This document shows positions 16,512 through 25,402 of a stretch of DNA of 32,000 nt, piece after piece (the stretch's first letter is position 1; every line of letters starts with the position of its first letter). The position numbers and the translations under genes were made by a program. The stretch spans positions 2,940,001-2,972,000 of the forward strand of contig NZ_LN831039.1 of the NCBI RefSeq assembly GCF_001457595.1, given 5' to 3'. The DNA is from Mycolicibacterium smegmatis (GTDB lineage Bacteria; Actinomycetota; Actinomycetes; Mycobacteriales; Mycobacteriaceae). The notes under the pieces were generated by a model. The model was given only the letters and a program-made list of their open reading frames with translations, was not told the origin of the DNA and did no database searches.

Positions 16512-17299
16512 GCGTGCTGCTCGACATCGACGCGGTGTCCGTGACGTTCGACGGGGTCCCGGCCGTCACGGACGTGACCCTGCGCGTGGGCGCGGGCGAA
16601 ACCGTGGCTCTCGTCGGAGGGTCGGGCGCAGGGAAATCCACGTTGGCCCGAGCCGTCGCCGGTCTGGTCACGCCGACGTCGGGATGCATCCGGTTCGACG
16701 GTGTGGACCTGACCACCGCAGACAGGTTCCGCAGGCGCGCGGCGCGGCGCGGCATGCACCTGGTGTTCCAGGACCCCTACGCCTCGCTTCCGCCCAACCT
16801 GCGGGTCGGCGACATCGTCGCCGAGCCGCAGCTGATCCACCGGCAGGGTGACCGCGAGAGCCGTCGCGCGGCCGCGCTGGAGGCGCTGGAACGTGTGCGA
16901 CTGAGCCCGGCCGAGGATTACGCCCAGCGCTTCCCACACGAACTGTCCGGTGGCCAGCGCCAACGCGTCGCGTTCGCGCGCGCATTGGTCACCGCGCCGC
17001 GGCTGCTGCTCGCCGACGAACCCGCCAGCGGGCTCGACGCGTCGCTGCGCGTCGAGATCGTGGACCTGATGACCGAACTGGCCACCACGACGGGGATGGC
17101 GGTGGTGCACATCACCCACGATCTGGCACTGGCAGCGCGCAGCTGCGACCGCACGGTTGTCATGTGCGACGGACGCATCGTCGAATCCGGGCCCACCGCA
17201 CGGGTTCTCGCCACACCCACCCACGAGTATGCCGCAGCACTGGTCTCGGCCGCGGCGGGAAATCATGAAAAGCTCTACCACTCAGGAGGATTGATTTGA
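16508..17299 (+). CDS. ABC transporter ATPase, DppF type
   Basis: Walker A GGSGAGKST, signature LSGGQRQRVAFARAL, Walker B LLLADEP; 4-nt overlap with the upstream gene. Confidence 0.92.
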   Translation: MSVLLDIDAVSVTFDGVPAVTDVTLRVGAGETVALVGGSGAGKSTLARAVAGLVTPTSGCIRFDGVDLTTADRFRRRAARRGMHLVFQDPYASLPPNLRVGDIVAEPQLIHRQGDRESRRAAALEALERVRLSPAEDYAQRFPHELSGGQRQRVAFARALVTAPRLLLADEPASGLDASLRVEIVDLMTELATTTGMAVVHITHDLALAARSCDRTVVMCDGRIVESGPTARVLATPTHEYAAALVSAAAGNHEKLYHSGGLI

Positions 17300-17799
17300 C
17301 GCTCGAGGTCATCGAGAACGGGACGGTCATCGATTTCACCGTCGCCGACATCATGAAGTACCACGGTCCCGGCTTTCCCGGCGGTGTCGCACACGCGGTC
17401 AAGGTGCTCGAGCGGGCGTTGCCGGTGCTCAGTCCCGACGGCCCCGCCGAACGTCGCGAGATCGTCGTCGCCACGGCGCATCGCGGCCCCGGAGTGCGCG
17501 ACACATTCGAGGCGGTCACCCGCGCGGTCACCGAGGGACACTTCACGGTGGACGCAAAGCTGGAGCGCACCGACCGCGGCGCCACCCTGGAGCGCTACGT
17601 CTTCGAGCTGAGCTACCGAGGCACGGTGGTGCGCCTCGAAATCCGGGAGGGATTCGTCGTCGACGAGTTCATCGCACTCGCCCGCAGAACGGACCGTACT
17701 TCCGAAGAGGAACAACGGCTGACCGTGCTCAAGCAGGAAATGGCCGATCGACTGCTGGCCGCGCCGGCGGACGAGGTGTACGACATCGTCGCGTCATAG
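17296..17799 (+). CDS. FmdE (formylmethanofuran dehydrogenase subunit E)-like protein
   Basis: TTG start overlapping the upstream stop; DIMKYHGPGFPGGVAHAVKVLERALPVL resembles the FmdE HGH.CPG...A.+MA motif, but without the cysteine. Confidence 0.45.
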   Translation: MTLEVIENGTVIDFTVADIMKYHGPGFPGGVAHAVKVLERALPVLSPDGPAERREIVVATAHRGPGVRDTFEAVTRAVTEGHFTVDAKLERTDRGATLERYVFELSYRGTVVRLEIREGFVVDEFIALARRTDRTSEEEQRLTVLKQEMADRLLAAPADEVYDIVAS

Positions 17800-17892
17800 C
17801 CTGCCTCCCGCCGCCCGTTGACACCCGAGACTTGGAAAGAGACTGTGCCAGAAACCTGTTCACCGACAATCGCCCCGGTGTTGCACATCACG

Positions 17893-18459
17893 ATGGGGTC
17901 CCACCACCCAGCGGGCGCACCGGGCTCGGATCCCAGACTGGGTGAGGTCGACATCTATCGACTTCCGGACACCGACCTGCGCGACGTGCGCGGGCTGATC
18001 ACCTGCGCGGGTGCCGACCAGATCTTCCTCGAACGCAACCGCGAACTGCTCACCGGCTTCGTCCGCGCCGGCGGGCGGGTTGCGGTGATGGGGCATCCGG
18101 TCACCGATTTCCTTCCCGGGCTCGGGGTTTGGCGCGAGCTCGACTACACGGGGCCCAAGGACCTCCAGATCAGCCTGGGCGATCCGCATCCGGTATGGGC
18201 TGGTATCGACCCCGTCGATCTCAGTGTCCGCAAGGGCGTCACCGGTTTCTACTCCCGCGGCTACGTCGACAAGCTGCCTCCGGACGCTGTGATCACGACC
18301 CGGATCGGGCGGCACGCGCTGCCGTTGGACTACGTGTATCCGCTCGGCGCGGGGCAGGTCCTGGTGCACAGCGGTAACGATCTGATCAATTGGGAGGGCG
18401 ACGCGAACACGGCCGCGCGGATGACCCCGCAACTCATCGACTGGCTGGTGGCACGATGA
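17893..18459 (+). CDS. Uncharacterised protein, glutamine-amidotransferase/ThuA-like fold suspected
   Basis: MGSHHPAGAPGSDPRLGEVDIYRLPDTDLRDVRGLITCAGADQIFLERNRELLTGFVRAGGRVAVMGHP...; the track ORF starts upstream at 17818, so the start is uncertain. Confidence 0.6.
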   Translation: MGSHHPAGAPGSDPRLGEVDIYRLPDTDLRDVRGLITCAGADQIFLERNRELLTGFVRAGGRVAVMGHPVTDFLPGLGVWRELDYTGPKDLQISLGDPHPVWAGIDPVDLSVRKGVTGFYSRGYVDKLPPDAVITTRIGRHALPLDYVYPLGAGQVLVHSGNDLINWEGDANTAARMTPQLIDWLVAR

Positions 18460-19157
18460 CAAAACCCGAACCGTTCTCCCGGAACGACCTGGCGCCGCAA
18501 CGCGGGCGCCGGCTGGCGATCGTGCACAGCGGCTCGTATGCCCACCTGTACGCGATGAAGGATCCGGCGGTGCTGGCCTACCAGCCGGACTTCGTCTACC
18601 TGCCAGACCTCGACGACGGGGCGCTCGACGGGTACGACACCGTCATCGTGGGTGATCGGATGCACCCCGACCTCCTTGCCCGTCACGCCCCTCGGTTCCA
18701 CGCGGTGTCCGAACGCGGAGGCACCCTCGTGGTGCTCGGCGAGAACCAGGTGCACACCTGGTTGCCCGGGATCGAGTGGGAGCATCGACCGACGAACTTC
18801 TGGTGGTGGGTCAGCGGTGAGGACCCCCTGATCCGCACCCGCAGCCACGAGCACGAGGCCTGGCGGTACCTGACGACGAAAGCGGTGATCTGGCACCACC
18901 ACGGCCTGCTCCGGCCGGCCGCCGACGTGGTGCCGTTGCTGGTGTCGGAGGAACCCGACGCCGACGGCAGGCCACACGACGCGGGGATGCTGCTGTACGA
19001 GGACACCGTGAGCACTGCGGGACGGTTGATCGTGACGACCCTGGACCCCATGCATCACCACGGCAGCCGGTTCATGAGCGGTGCGACCCGGTTTCTCTAC
19101 GCTCTGCTGCGGTGGACCGACCAGACCTCGCCCAGCCTGGTGCGCGAAGGGCGCTGA
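18456..19157 (+). CDS. Uncharacterised protein, glutamine-amidotransferase-like fold suspected
   Basis: MTKPEPFSRNDLAPQRGRRLAIVHSGSYAHLYAMKDPAVLAYQPDFVYLPDLDDGALDGYDTVIVGDRM...HAVSERGGTLVVLGENQVHTWLPG; 4-nt overlap with the upstream gene. Confidence 0.65.
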   Translation: MTKPEPFSRNDLAPQRGRRLAIVHSGSYAHLYAMKDPAVLAYQPDFVYLPDLDDGALDGYDTVIVGDRMHPDLLARHAPRFHAVSERGGTLVVLGENQVHTWLPGIEWEHRPTNFWWWVSGEDPLIRTRSHEHEAWRYLTTKAVIWHHHGLLRPAADVVPLLVSEEPDADGRPHDAGMLLYEDTVSTAGRLIVTTLDPMHHHGSRFMSGATRFLYALLRWTDQTSPSLVREGR

Positions 19158-19315
19158 CAGGCCGGACGTCTCTGTGAGGTTCCTTCGGTGTTCGGCCGGC
19201 ACGGTTTCAGCTGCCCGTCACGGGGTAAGCGCCATCCACGGGGCACATCCGGTGGTGCGTTCCGACATCGCGATCACCGTGACTGCCCGCCTCGCGACAG
19301 GGCAGGAGCACGACC

Positions 19316-21703
19316 ATGGCTCGCACAGACCGGATCTCGGATCCGTGGGGCTCCAGGACGCCGTACGCGGCCGGTGAACCGTGGCCGCAACGTGTCGATC
19401 GATACCTCACGCCGGGCCTCACCGACGACGACGTCGACAGGTGGGTGCAGTCGGCCGCGGTGCTGCACTCCAACGGCGACGGGCTCGACATCGCGGTCAA
19501 GGACGGACGCATCGTCGGCGTGCGCGGCCGGGCGGACGACCGGGTCAACCACGGCCGCCTCGACCCCAAGGACCTGTTCGGCTGGCAGGCCAACCACTCG
19601 GGAGACCGGCTGCGCACACCCCTGGTCCGGCAGAACGGGCTACTCGTCGAATCCGACTGGGACACCGCGATGGACCGCATCGTCGCCCGCAGCCGGCAGT
19701 TGCTCGACGAGCGCGGACCGAACTCGATCGGGTTCTACACCTCGGGGCAGCTGTTCCTGGAGGAGTACTACACGCAGTGCGTGATCGCGCACGGAGCGAT
19801 CGGCACCAACCACGTCGACGGCAACACCCGGCTGTGCACCGCGACGGCGGCCGAGGCGCTCAAGGAATCGTTCGGCTGCGACGGCCAACCCGGCTCGTAC
19901 GCCGATGTCGACCATGCCGACGTCATCGCGCTCTACGGCCACAACGTCGCCGAAACCCAGACGGTGCTGTGGATGCGCATGCTCGATCGCCTCGCCGGGC
20001 CGAACCCGCCTGCGATCGTGTGCGTGGACCCACGCCCCACTCCCGTCGCGCGGCACGCCGCCGTGCACCTCGCGCCGCTACCCGGAACCAACGTCGCACT
20101 GATGAACGGCCTGCTGCACGAGATCCTCGATCACGACTGGGTGGACCACGACTACATCGAGGCGCACACCGTCGGCTTCGACGAACTCCGCAAGCGGGTC
20201 GCCGAGTTCCCTCCCGAGCGCGTCGCCGAGATCTGCGGGGTCGGTGCCGACGACGTCCGACGCGCCGGTGAACTGATCGGCACGGCCGAGCGGCTGCTGT
20301 CGACCGTGCTGCAGGGGTTCTACCAATCGCATCAGGCCACCGCGGCCGCGGTACAGGTGAACAACATCCACCTGGTGCGCGGCATGCTCGGGAGACCCGG
20401 CTGCGGCCTGCTGCAGATGAACGGACAGCCCACGGCCGAGAACACCCGCGAGTGCGGCGCCGACGGCGACCTCGCCGGATTCCGCAACTGGGCCAACGAT
20501 TCCCACATCGAGCAACTCGCGGCGCTGTGGAATCTGGACGCCACGACCATCCCGCACTACGCGCCGCCCACGCATGCCATGCAGATGTTCCGCTACGCCG
20601 AAGAGGGATCGCTGCGGATGTTGTGGGTCAGCGCCACCAACCCCGCGGTGTCCCTACCGGAACTGGGCCGCATCCGCCGGATCCTGTCGCAGGACCGGCT
20701 GTTCTTGGTGGTGCAGGATCTGTTCCTCACCGAGACCGCGCAACTCGCCGACGTGGTGCTGCCCGCCGCGGCGTGGGCCGAGAAGACCGGCACGTTCACC
20801 AATGCCGATCGGACCGTGCATATTTCGGACAAGGCGGTCGACCCGCCCGGGCAGGCCCGGTCCGACTTCGACATCTTCCTCGACTACGCCCGCCGGATGG
20901 ACTTCCGCGACAGGGACGGCCGACCGCTGCCTGCGTGGAATACCCCGGATGAGGCCTTCGAGGCGTGGAAACGGTGCAGCGCCGGGCGACCGTGCGACTA
21001 CACCGGGCTGTCCTACGAGAAGTTGCGTGGTAGCGGCGGAATCCAATGGCCCTGCAACGCTGAGCATCCCGACGGCGTTGAGCGTCTGTACGCCGGCGGG
21101 GAGTTCTTCGCCGCACCGGACTACTGCGAGGCGTACGGCAAGGATCTGATCACCGGCGCTCCGCTGGAGCCCACCGAGTATCGGGCCATGAACCCGTTCG
21201 GCAAGGCCATCATCAAGGCTGCCGAGTACGTGCCGCCGCACGAACGTCCGTCGGCCGAGTATCCGTACGTGTTGATCACGGGCCGCACGGTGTACCACTT
21301 CCACACCCGCACCAAGACGGGCCGCACACCGCAACTGCAGGCGGCCGCGCCCGAGGTCTGGGTGGAGTTGGCGCGTGCCGACGCGCTCCGCGCCGGGATC
21401 GTCGAAGGGGACCTGGTCGAGATCCGGACGGTGCGCGGCTGTGTGACGGCCGCCGCGCGCCTGACCGACCTGCGCCGCGGGGTGGTGTTCCTGCCGTTCC
21501 ATTACGGCTACTGGGACACGGGCGACGACGGCGGGAAGGACGGCCACCACCGCGCCGCCAACGAGTTGACGCTCACAGACTGGGACCCGGTGTCCAAGCA
21601 ACCCATCTTCAAGACCGCGGCCGCGTCGGTGCGACGCATCGGTGCCGGCATGGCGGCCACCCCCGAACCCGTGGCCCACGCGGTCGCCGACGAACACCTC
21701 TGA
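19316..21703 (+). CDS. Molybdopterin (bis-PGD) oxidoreductase, nitrate reductase/formate dehydrogenase-like, with substituted N-terminal Fe-S motif
   Basis: 795 aa; HGAIGTNHVDGNTRLCTATAAEALKESFGCDGQPGSYADVDHADVIALYGHNVAETQ...; molydopterin-binding C-terminal domain YPYVLITGRTVYHFHTRTKTGRTPQL. N-terminus reads VQSAAVLHSNGDGLDIAVKDGRIVGVRG. Confidence 0.93.
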   Translation: MARTDRISDPWGSRTPYAAGEPWPQRVDRYLTPGLTDDDVDRWVQSAAVLHSNGDGLDIAVKDGRIVGVRGRADDRVNHGRLDPKDLFGWQANHSGDRLRTPLVRQNGLLVESDWDTAMDRIVARSRQLLDERGPNSIGFYTSGQLFLEEYYTQCVIAHGAIGTNHVDGNTRLCTATAAEALKESFGCDGQPGSYADVDHADVIALYGHNVAETQTVLWMRMLDRLAGPNPPAIVCVDPRPTPVARHAAVHLAPLPGTNVALMNGLLHEILDHDWVDHDYIEAHTVGFDELRKRVAEFPPERVAEICGVGADDVRRAGELIGTAERLLSTVLQGFYQSHQATAAAVQVNNIHLVRGMLGRPGCGLLQMNGQPTAENTRECGADGDLAGFRNWANDSHIEQLAALWNLDATTIPHYAPPTHAMQMFRYAEEGSLRMLWVSATNPAVSLPELGRIRRILSQDRLFLVVQDLFLTETAQLADVVLPAAAWAEKTGTFTNADRTVHISDKAVDPPGQARSDFDIFLDYARRMDFRDRDGRPLPAWNTPDEAFEAWKRCSAGRPCDYTGLSYEKLRGSGGIQWPCNAEHPDGVERLYAGGEFFAAPDYCEAYGKDLITGAPLEPTEYRAMNPFGKAIIKAAEYVPPHERPSAEYPYVLITGRTVYHFHTRTKTGRTPQLQAAAPEVWVELARADALRAGIVEGDLVEIRTVRGCVTAAARLTDLRRGVVFLPFHYGYWDTGDDGGKDGHHRAANELTLTDWDPVSKQPIFKTAAASVRRIGAGMAATPEPVAHAVADEHL

Positions 21704-21714
21704 GAGGGCCGATC

Positions 21715-22197
21715 ATGACCAAGCTCGCGCTGCCGATCGTCCAGCTGCACCGCAGCGAGCGCCACCTCGCGCACGCGCTGCGGGCGATCGCCGCCCGCCA
21801 CCACAGCGACCAGGACATCTGCCATCTCGCACGCGATCTCGCGGGCTGGTGTGACGAGCATGTCGAACTTCTGGCGCGGCACGGCCGTCGCTACCACGTG
21901 CGGCTGCCCGCCGGGCCGCGTCGCATCCACGCCCGGCGATGGATCCAGGAAAAGCTCAGCGATGCGCTGAACACGAGGCCGGAGCCCGCCCTGCTGCTCC
22001 TGGCCGATCTACGGCGTGTCCACCGCATCGCCGCGGGCGTGTCGCTGGACTGGGAACTGCTCGCCCAGGGCGCGCAGGCCACCAGGGACGACCAGCTGCT
22101 GGCGTTGACCCAGCAGTGCCACCCGCAGTCGCTACGGCAGATGCGCTGGGCGAATGCCATGCTCAAGGAGCTCTCGCCGCAGGCCCTGGCGGTGTGA
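21715..22197 (+). CDS. Hypothetical helical protein, adjacent to the Mo-oxidoreductase
   Basis: 160 aa MTKLALPIVQLHRSERHLAHALRAIAARHHSDQDICHLARDLAGWCDEHVELLARHGRRY...; starts 11 nt after the oxidoreductase stop; His/Asp/Glu-rich N-terminal helices. Confidence 0.72.
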   Translation: MTKLALPIVQLHRSERHLAHALRAIAARHHSDQDICHLARDLAGWCDEHVELLARHGRRYHVRLPAGPRRIHARRWIQEKLSDALNTRPEPALLLLADLRRVHRIAAGVSLDWELLAQGAQATRDDQLLALTQQCHPQSLRQMRWANAMLKELSPQALAV

Positions 22198-22267
22198 CCG
22201 CGAGCGTGACGGACACACAGCCGCCGTGACGCGGCGTTGTCGGCCGCATTCGGTAGGGTCCTCCGAC

Positions 22268-24670
22268 GTGACTCAGAGCGTGCCTACGTCCGGTCCTGTC
22301 CCCGGCGTCCGATCGATCACCGCCCGGCTGGCCGAGGAGCTGTCCGTCGGTGAGCACCAGGTGGCTGCGGCCATCCACCTGCTCGACGAGGGCTCGACGG
22401 TGCCGTTCATCGCGCGTTACCGCAAGGAGGTCACGGGAAGCCTCGACGACGGTCAGCTGCGCACCCTGGAGGAGCGCCTGGCGTATCTGCGCGAGCTCGA
22501 CGCGCGCCGTGAGGCCGTGCTGGCCTCGATCGAGGAGCAGGGCAAGCTCACCGACGAGCTGCGCGCAGCACTTGTCGCCGCGGACACCAAGGCCCGCGTC
22601 GAAGACATATACCTGCCGTACAAGCCCAAGCGCCGCACCAAGGCGCAGATCGCCAGGGAAGCCGGCCTGGAGCCGCTGGCGGACCGGCTGCTCGCCGATC
22701 CGAACCTGGTGCCCGAGGAGGTGGCGGGGGAGTTCCTCAACGAGAACGTCGCCGACGCCGCCGCCGCGCTCGAGGGTGCGCGCCACATCATCATCGAGCG
22801 CGCGTCCGAGGATGCCGAGCTGGTCGGTGCCACGCGTGAGAAGTTCTGGTCCGAGGGTTCGCTGCGCACCGCGCCGTTCTCCGAGGAGGCCGCGAAAAGC
22901 CCTGCCGCACAGAAGTTCCGTGACTACTTCGAGTTCTCCGAACCGCTGGAGCAGATGCCGTCGCACCGCGTGCTCGCGGTGCTGCGTGGCGAGAAGGAGC
23001 AGGCCCTGTCGCTGACGTTCGACGGCGGCGAGGACGAGGCCTACCAGGCGATGATCGCCCAGGCGCTCGGCATCGACATGACCTCGCCTGCGCCGGCGAC
23101 GCCGTGGCTGGCCACCACCGTGCGGCTGGCATGGCGCGCCAAACTGATGATCTCGGCGTCGGTCGACGCGCGGATCCGGCTGCGCCAGCGCGCCGAGGAG
23201 GACGCCGTCGCGGTGTTCGCCCGCAACCTCAAGGACCTGCTGCTGGCCGCACCGGCCGGTACCCGCACCACGCTCGGCCTGGACCCGGGCTTCCGCACCG
23301 GCGTCAAGGTCGCCGTCGTCGACGGCACCGGCAAGGTGCTGGAGACCTGCGCGATCTACCCGCACCAGCCGCAGAAGCAGTGGGATCAGGCCAAGGCCAC
23401 GCTCGGCGCGCTGATCGCCCGCCACGGCGTCGAACTCATCGCGATCGGCAACGGCACCGCATCACGCGAAACCGATGCGCTGGCTTCCGAACTCATCGCC
23501 GACATCCGCAAATCCGGCGCGAATCCGCCGATCAAGGCCATGGTCAGCGAGGCGGGCGCCTCGGTGTACTCGGCATCGGCCTACGCCGCGCGCGAACTTC
23601 CCGATCTCGACGTGACCGTGCGTGGTGCGGTGTCGATCGCGCGGCGCCTGCAGGACCCGCTGGCCGAACTGGTGAAGATCGACCCGAAGTCCATCGGTGT
23701 CGGCCAGTACCAGCACGACGTCACACCCGGGTCGCTCGCGCGCAGCCTCGACGCGGTCGTCGAGGACGCCGTGAACGCCGTCGGCGTCGACCTCAACACG
23801 GCCTCGGTACCGCTGCTCGCGCGCGTCTCGGGTGTCACCGAATCGCTGGCCGAGGCCATCGTCGCGCACCGCGAGAGCACCGGGCCGTTCCGCAACCGCA
23901 AGGCGCTGCTGGACGTTCCTCGCCTGGGCCCCAAGGCTTTCGAACAGTGCGCGGGCTTCCTGCGCATCCGCGACGGCGAGGATCCGCTCGACGCGTCCGG
24001 TGTGCACCCGGAGTCCTACCCGGTGGTGCGCCGCATCCTGGACCGCGCAGGTGTCACGCTCGCCGAACTGATCGGGGACACCCGCACGCTGCGCACTCTC
24101 AAACCGGCCGAGTTCGCCGACGACCGGTTCGGTGTCCCGACGGTCACCGACATCATCGGCGAGTTGGAAAAGCCCGGCCGGGACCCGCGTCCGGCGTTCT
24201 CGACGGCCACCTTCGCCGCGGGCGTCGAGAAGGTCGCCGACCTCAAGCCCGGCATGATCCTCGAAGGCGTCGTGACCAACGTCGCGGCGTTCGGCGCGTT
24301 CGTCGACGTGGGTGTGCACCAGGACGGTCTGGTGCACGTCTCGGCGATGGCCGACCGCTTCGTCTCCGATCCGCACGAGGTGGTGAAGTCGGGTCAGGTG
24401 GTCAAGGTCAAGGTCGTCGACGTCGACGTCGATCGCCAGCGCATCGGTCTGAGCCTGCGCCTCAACGACGAACCCGACAAGGGCAAGCGCAACGACCGTC
24501 GCGACGGCGGGCAGAACCGCAACCAGAACCGCGGCGGCGGTCAGCGCAACAAGGGCGGCAACAGCGGTGGGAACAAGGGCGGCAACAACCGCGGCAACAA
24601 GGGCGGCCGCCGGGACCAGCCCATGGGGTCGATGGCTGAGGCGCTGCGCAACGCCGGTTTCGGCCGGTAG
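22268..24670 (+). CDS. tex: Tex family RNA-binding protein (YqgF-like + HhH + S1)
   Basis: AAAIHLLDEGSTVPFIARYRKEVTGSLDDGQLRTLEERLAYLRELD...LGLDPGFRTGVKVAVVD...VGVYQHDV-like VGQYQHDV...S1 domain PGMILEGVVTNVAAFGAFVDVGVHQDGLVHVS. GTG 22268 is the likely start. Confidence 0.96.
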   Translation: MTQSVPTSGPVPGVRSITARLAEELSVGEHQVAAAIHLLDEGSTVPFIARYRKEVTGSLDDGQLRTLEERLAYLRELDARREAVLASIEEQGKLTDELRAALVAADTKARVEDIYLPYKPKRRTKAQIAREAGLEPLADRLLADPNLVPEEVAGEFLNENVADAAAALEGARHIIIERASEDAELVGATREKFWSEGSLRTAPFSEEAAKSPAAQKFRDYFEFSEPLEQMPSHRVLAVLRGEKEQALSLTFDGGEDEAYQAMIAQALGIDMTSPAPATPWLATTVRLAWRAKLMISASVDARIRLRQRAEEDAVAVFARNLKDLLLAAPAGTRTTLGLDPGFRTGVKVAVVDGTGKVLETCAIYPHQPQKQWDQAKATLGALIARHGVELIAIGNGTASRETDALASELIADIRKSGANPPIKAMVSEAGASVYSASAYAARELPDLDVTVRGAVSIARRLQDPLAELVKIDPKSIGVGQYQHDVTPGSLARSLDAVVEDAVNAVGVDLNTASVPLLARVSGVTESLAEAIVAHRESTGPFRNRKALLDVPRLGPKAFEQCAGFLRIRDGEDPLDASGVHPESYPVVRRILDRAGVTLAELIGDTRTLRTLKPAEFADDRFGVPTVTDIIGELEKPGRDPRPAFSTATFAAGVEKVADLKPGMILEGVVTNVAAFGAFVDVGVHQDGLVHVSAMADRFVSDPHEVVKSGQVVKVKVVDVDVDRQRIGLSLRLNDEPDKGKRNDRRDGGQNRNQNRGGGQRNKGGNSGGNKGGNNRGNKGGRRDQPMGSMAEALRNAGFGR

Positions 24671-24673
24671 GGG

Positions 24674-25372
24674 TCAGGACGCCGGGTCCTGGTGCCTGCC
24701 GCGCCAGGACCGGTACCCGCGGTGCGCCGCGAACGCACCGATGATCGCGGTGACGCACCACACCGCGATCGCGGTGTAGGCCAGCGGCGCCGACAGGTCA
24801 CCGATCGACGCGCCGAGCGCGGTGTAGACGAACGCACGCGGCGCCGATCCGATGAACGAGCCGACCACCATCTGCCACAACGGCACTCCGAACGCGCCGA
24901 ACGCATATGAGGCGAGCGCGTCGGAGATGCCGGGGACGAACCGCTGGCCGACGACGGCCCACAACCCGCCGCGTTCGATCTGCCGGTCGAGCCGGTCGGC
25001 ACGCTCGGCGCCCAGCACACCGCGGGCGCTCTCGCGGCCGGCGCGCCGTCCGATGAGGCTCGCGACGGTGGCGGTGCCGACCGTGGCGCCCAGCGTGACG
25101 AACGTGCCCAGCACCGGGCCGAACAGGAAGCCACTGGTGCCTGCCAGGACGGGGCCGGGCACGAACAGCGCACCCAGGCACGCCGACACCACGACATAGA
25201 CCAGGGGAGCGATCGGGCCGGTCGCCGACACCGCGCCGCGGATGTCACCGATGTCGACGACGCGCGCGACGGCCACCAGGTAGAACAGCCCGATCAGAAA
25301 CGCCGCGAACAGCGCGAGCCGGATGATGTGCCGGGTGCGGCCGGTAGCGGGGGGATCGTCGGTGTCGGTCAT
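24674..25372 (-). CDS. VTT/DedA (TVP38/TMEM64) family membrane protein
   Basis: LGALFVPGPVLAGTSGFLFGPVLGTFVTLGATVGTATVASLIGRRAGRESARG...VVGQRFVPGISDALASYAFG. Convergent with tex. Confidence 0.85.
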   Translation of the reverse strand: MTDTDDPPATGRTRHIIRLALFAAFLIGLFYLVAVARVVDIGDIRGAVSATGPIAPLVYVVVSACLGALFVPGPVLAGTSGFLFGPVLGTFVTLGATVGTATVASLIGRRAGRESARGVLGAERADRLDRQIERGGLWAVVGQRFVPGISDALASYAFGAFGVPLWQMVVGSFIGSAPRAFVYTALGASIGDLSAPLAYTAIAVWCVTAIIGAFAAHRGYRSWRGRHQDPAS

Positions 25373-25402
25373 GCTGACGCCGATTCTCCCGTACGGCGGG
25401 TG

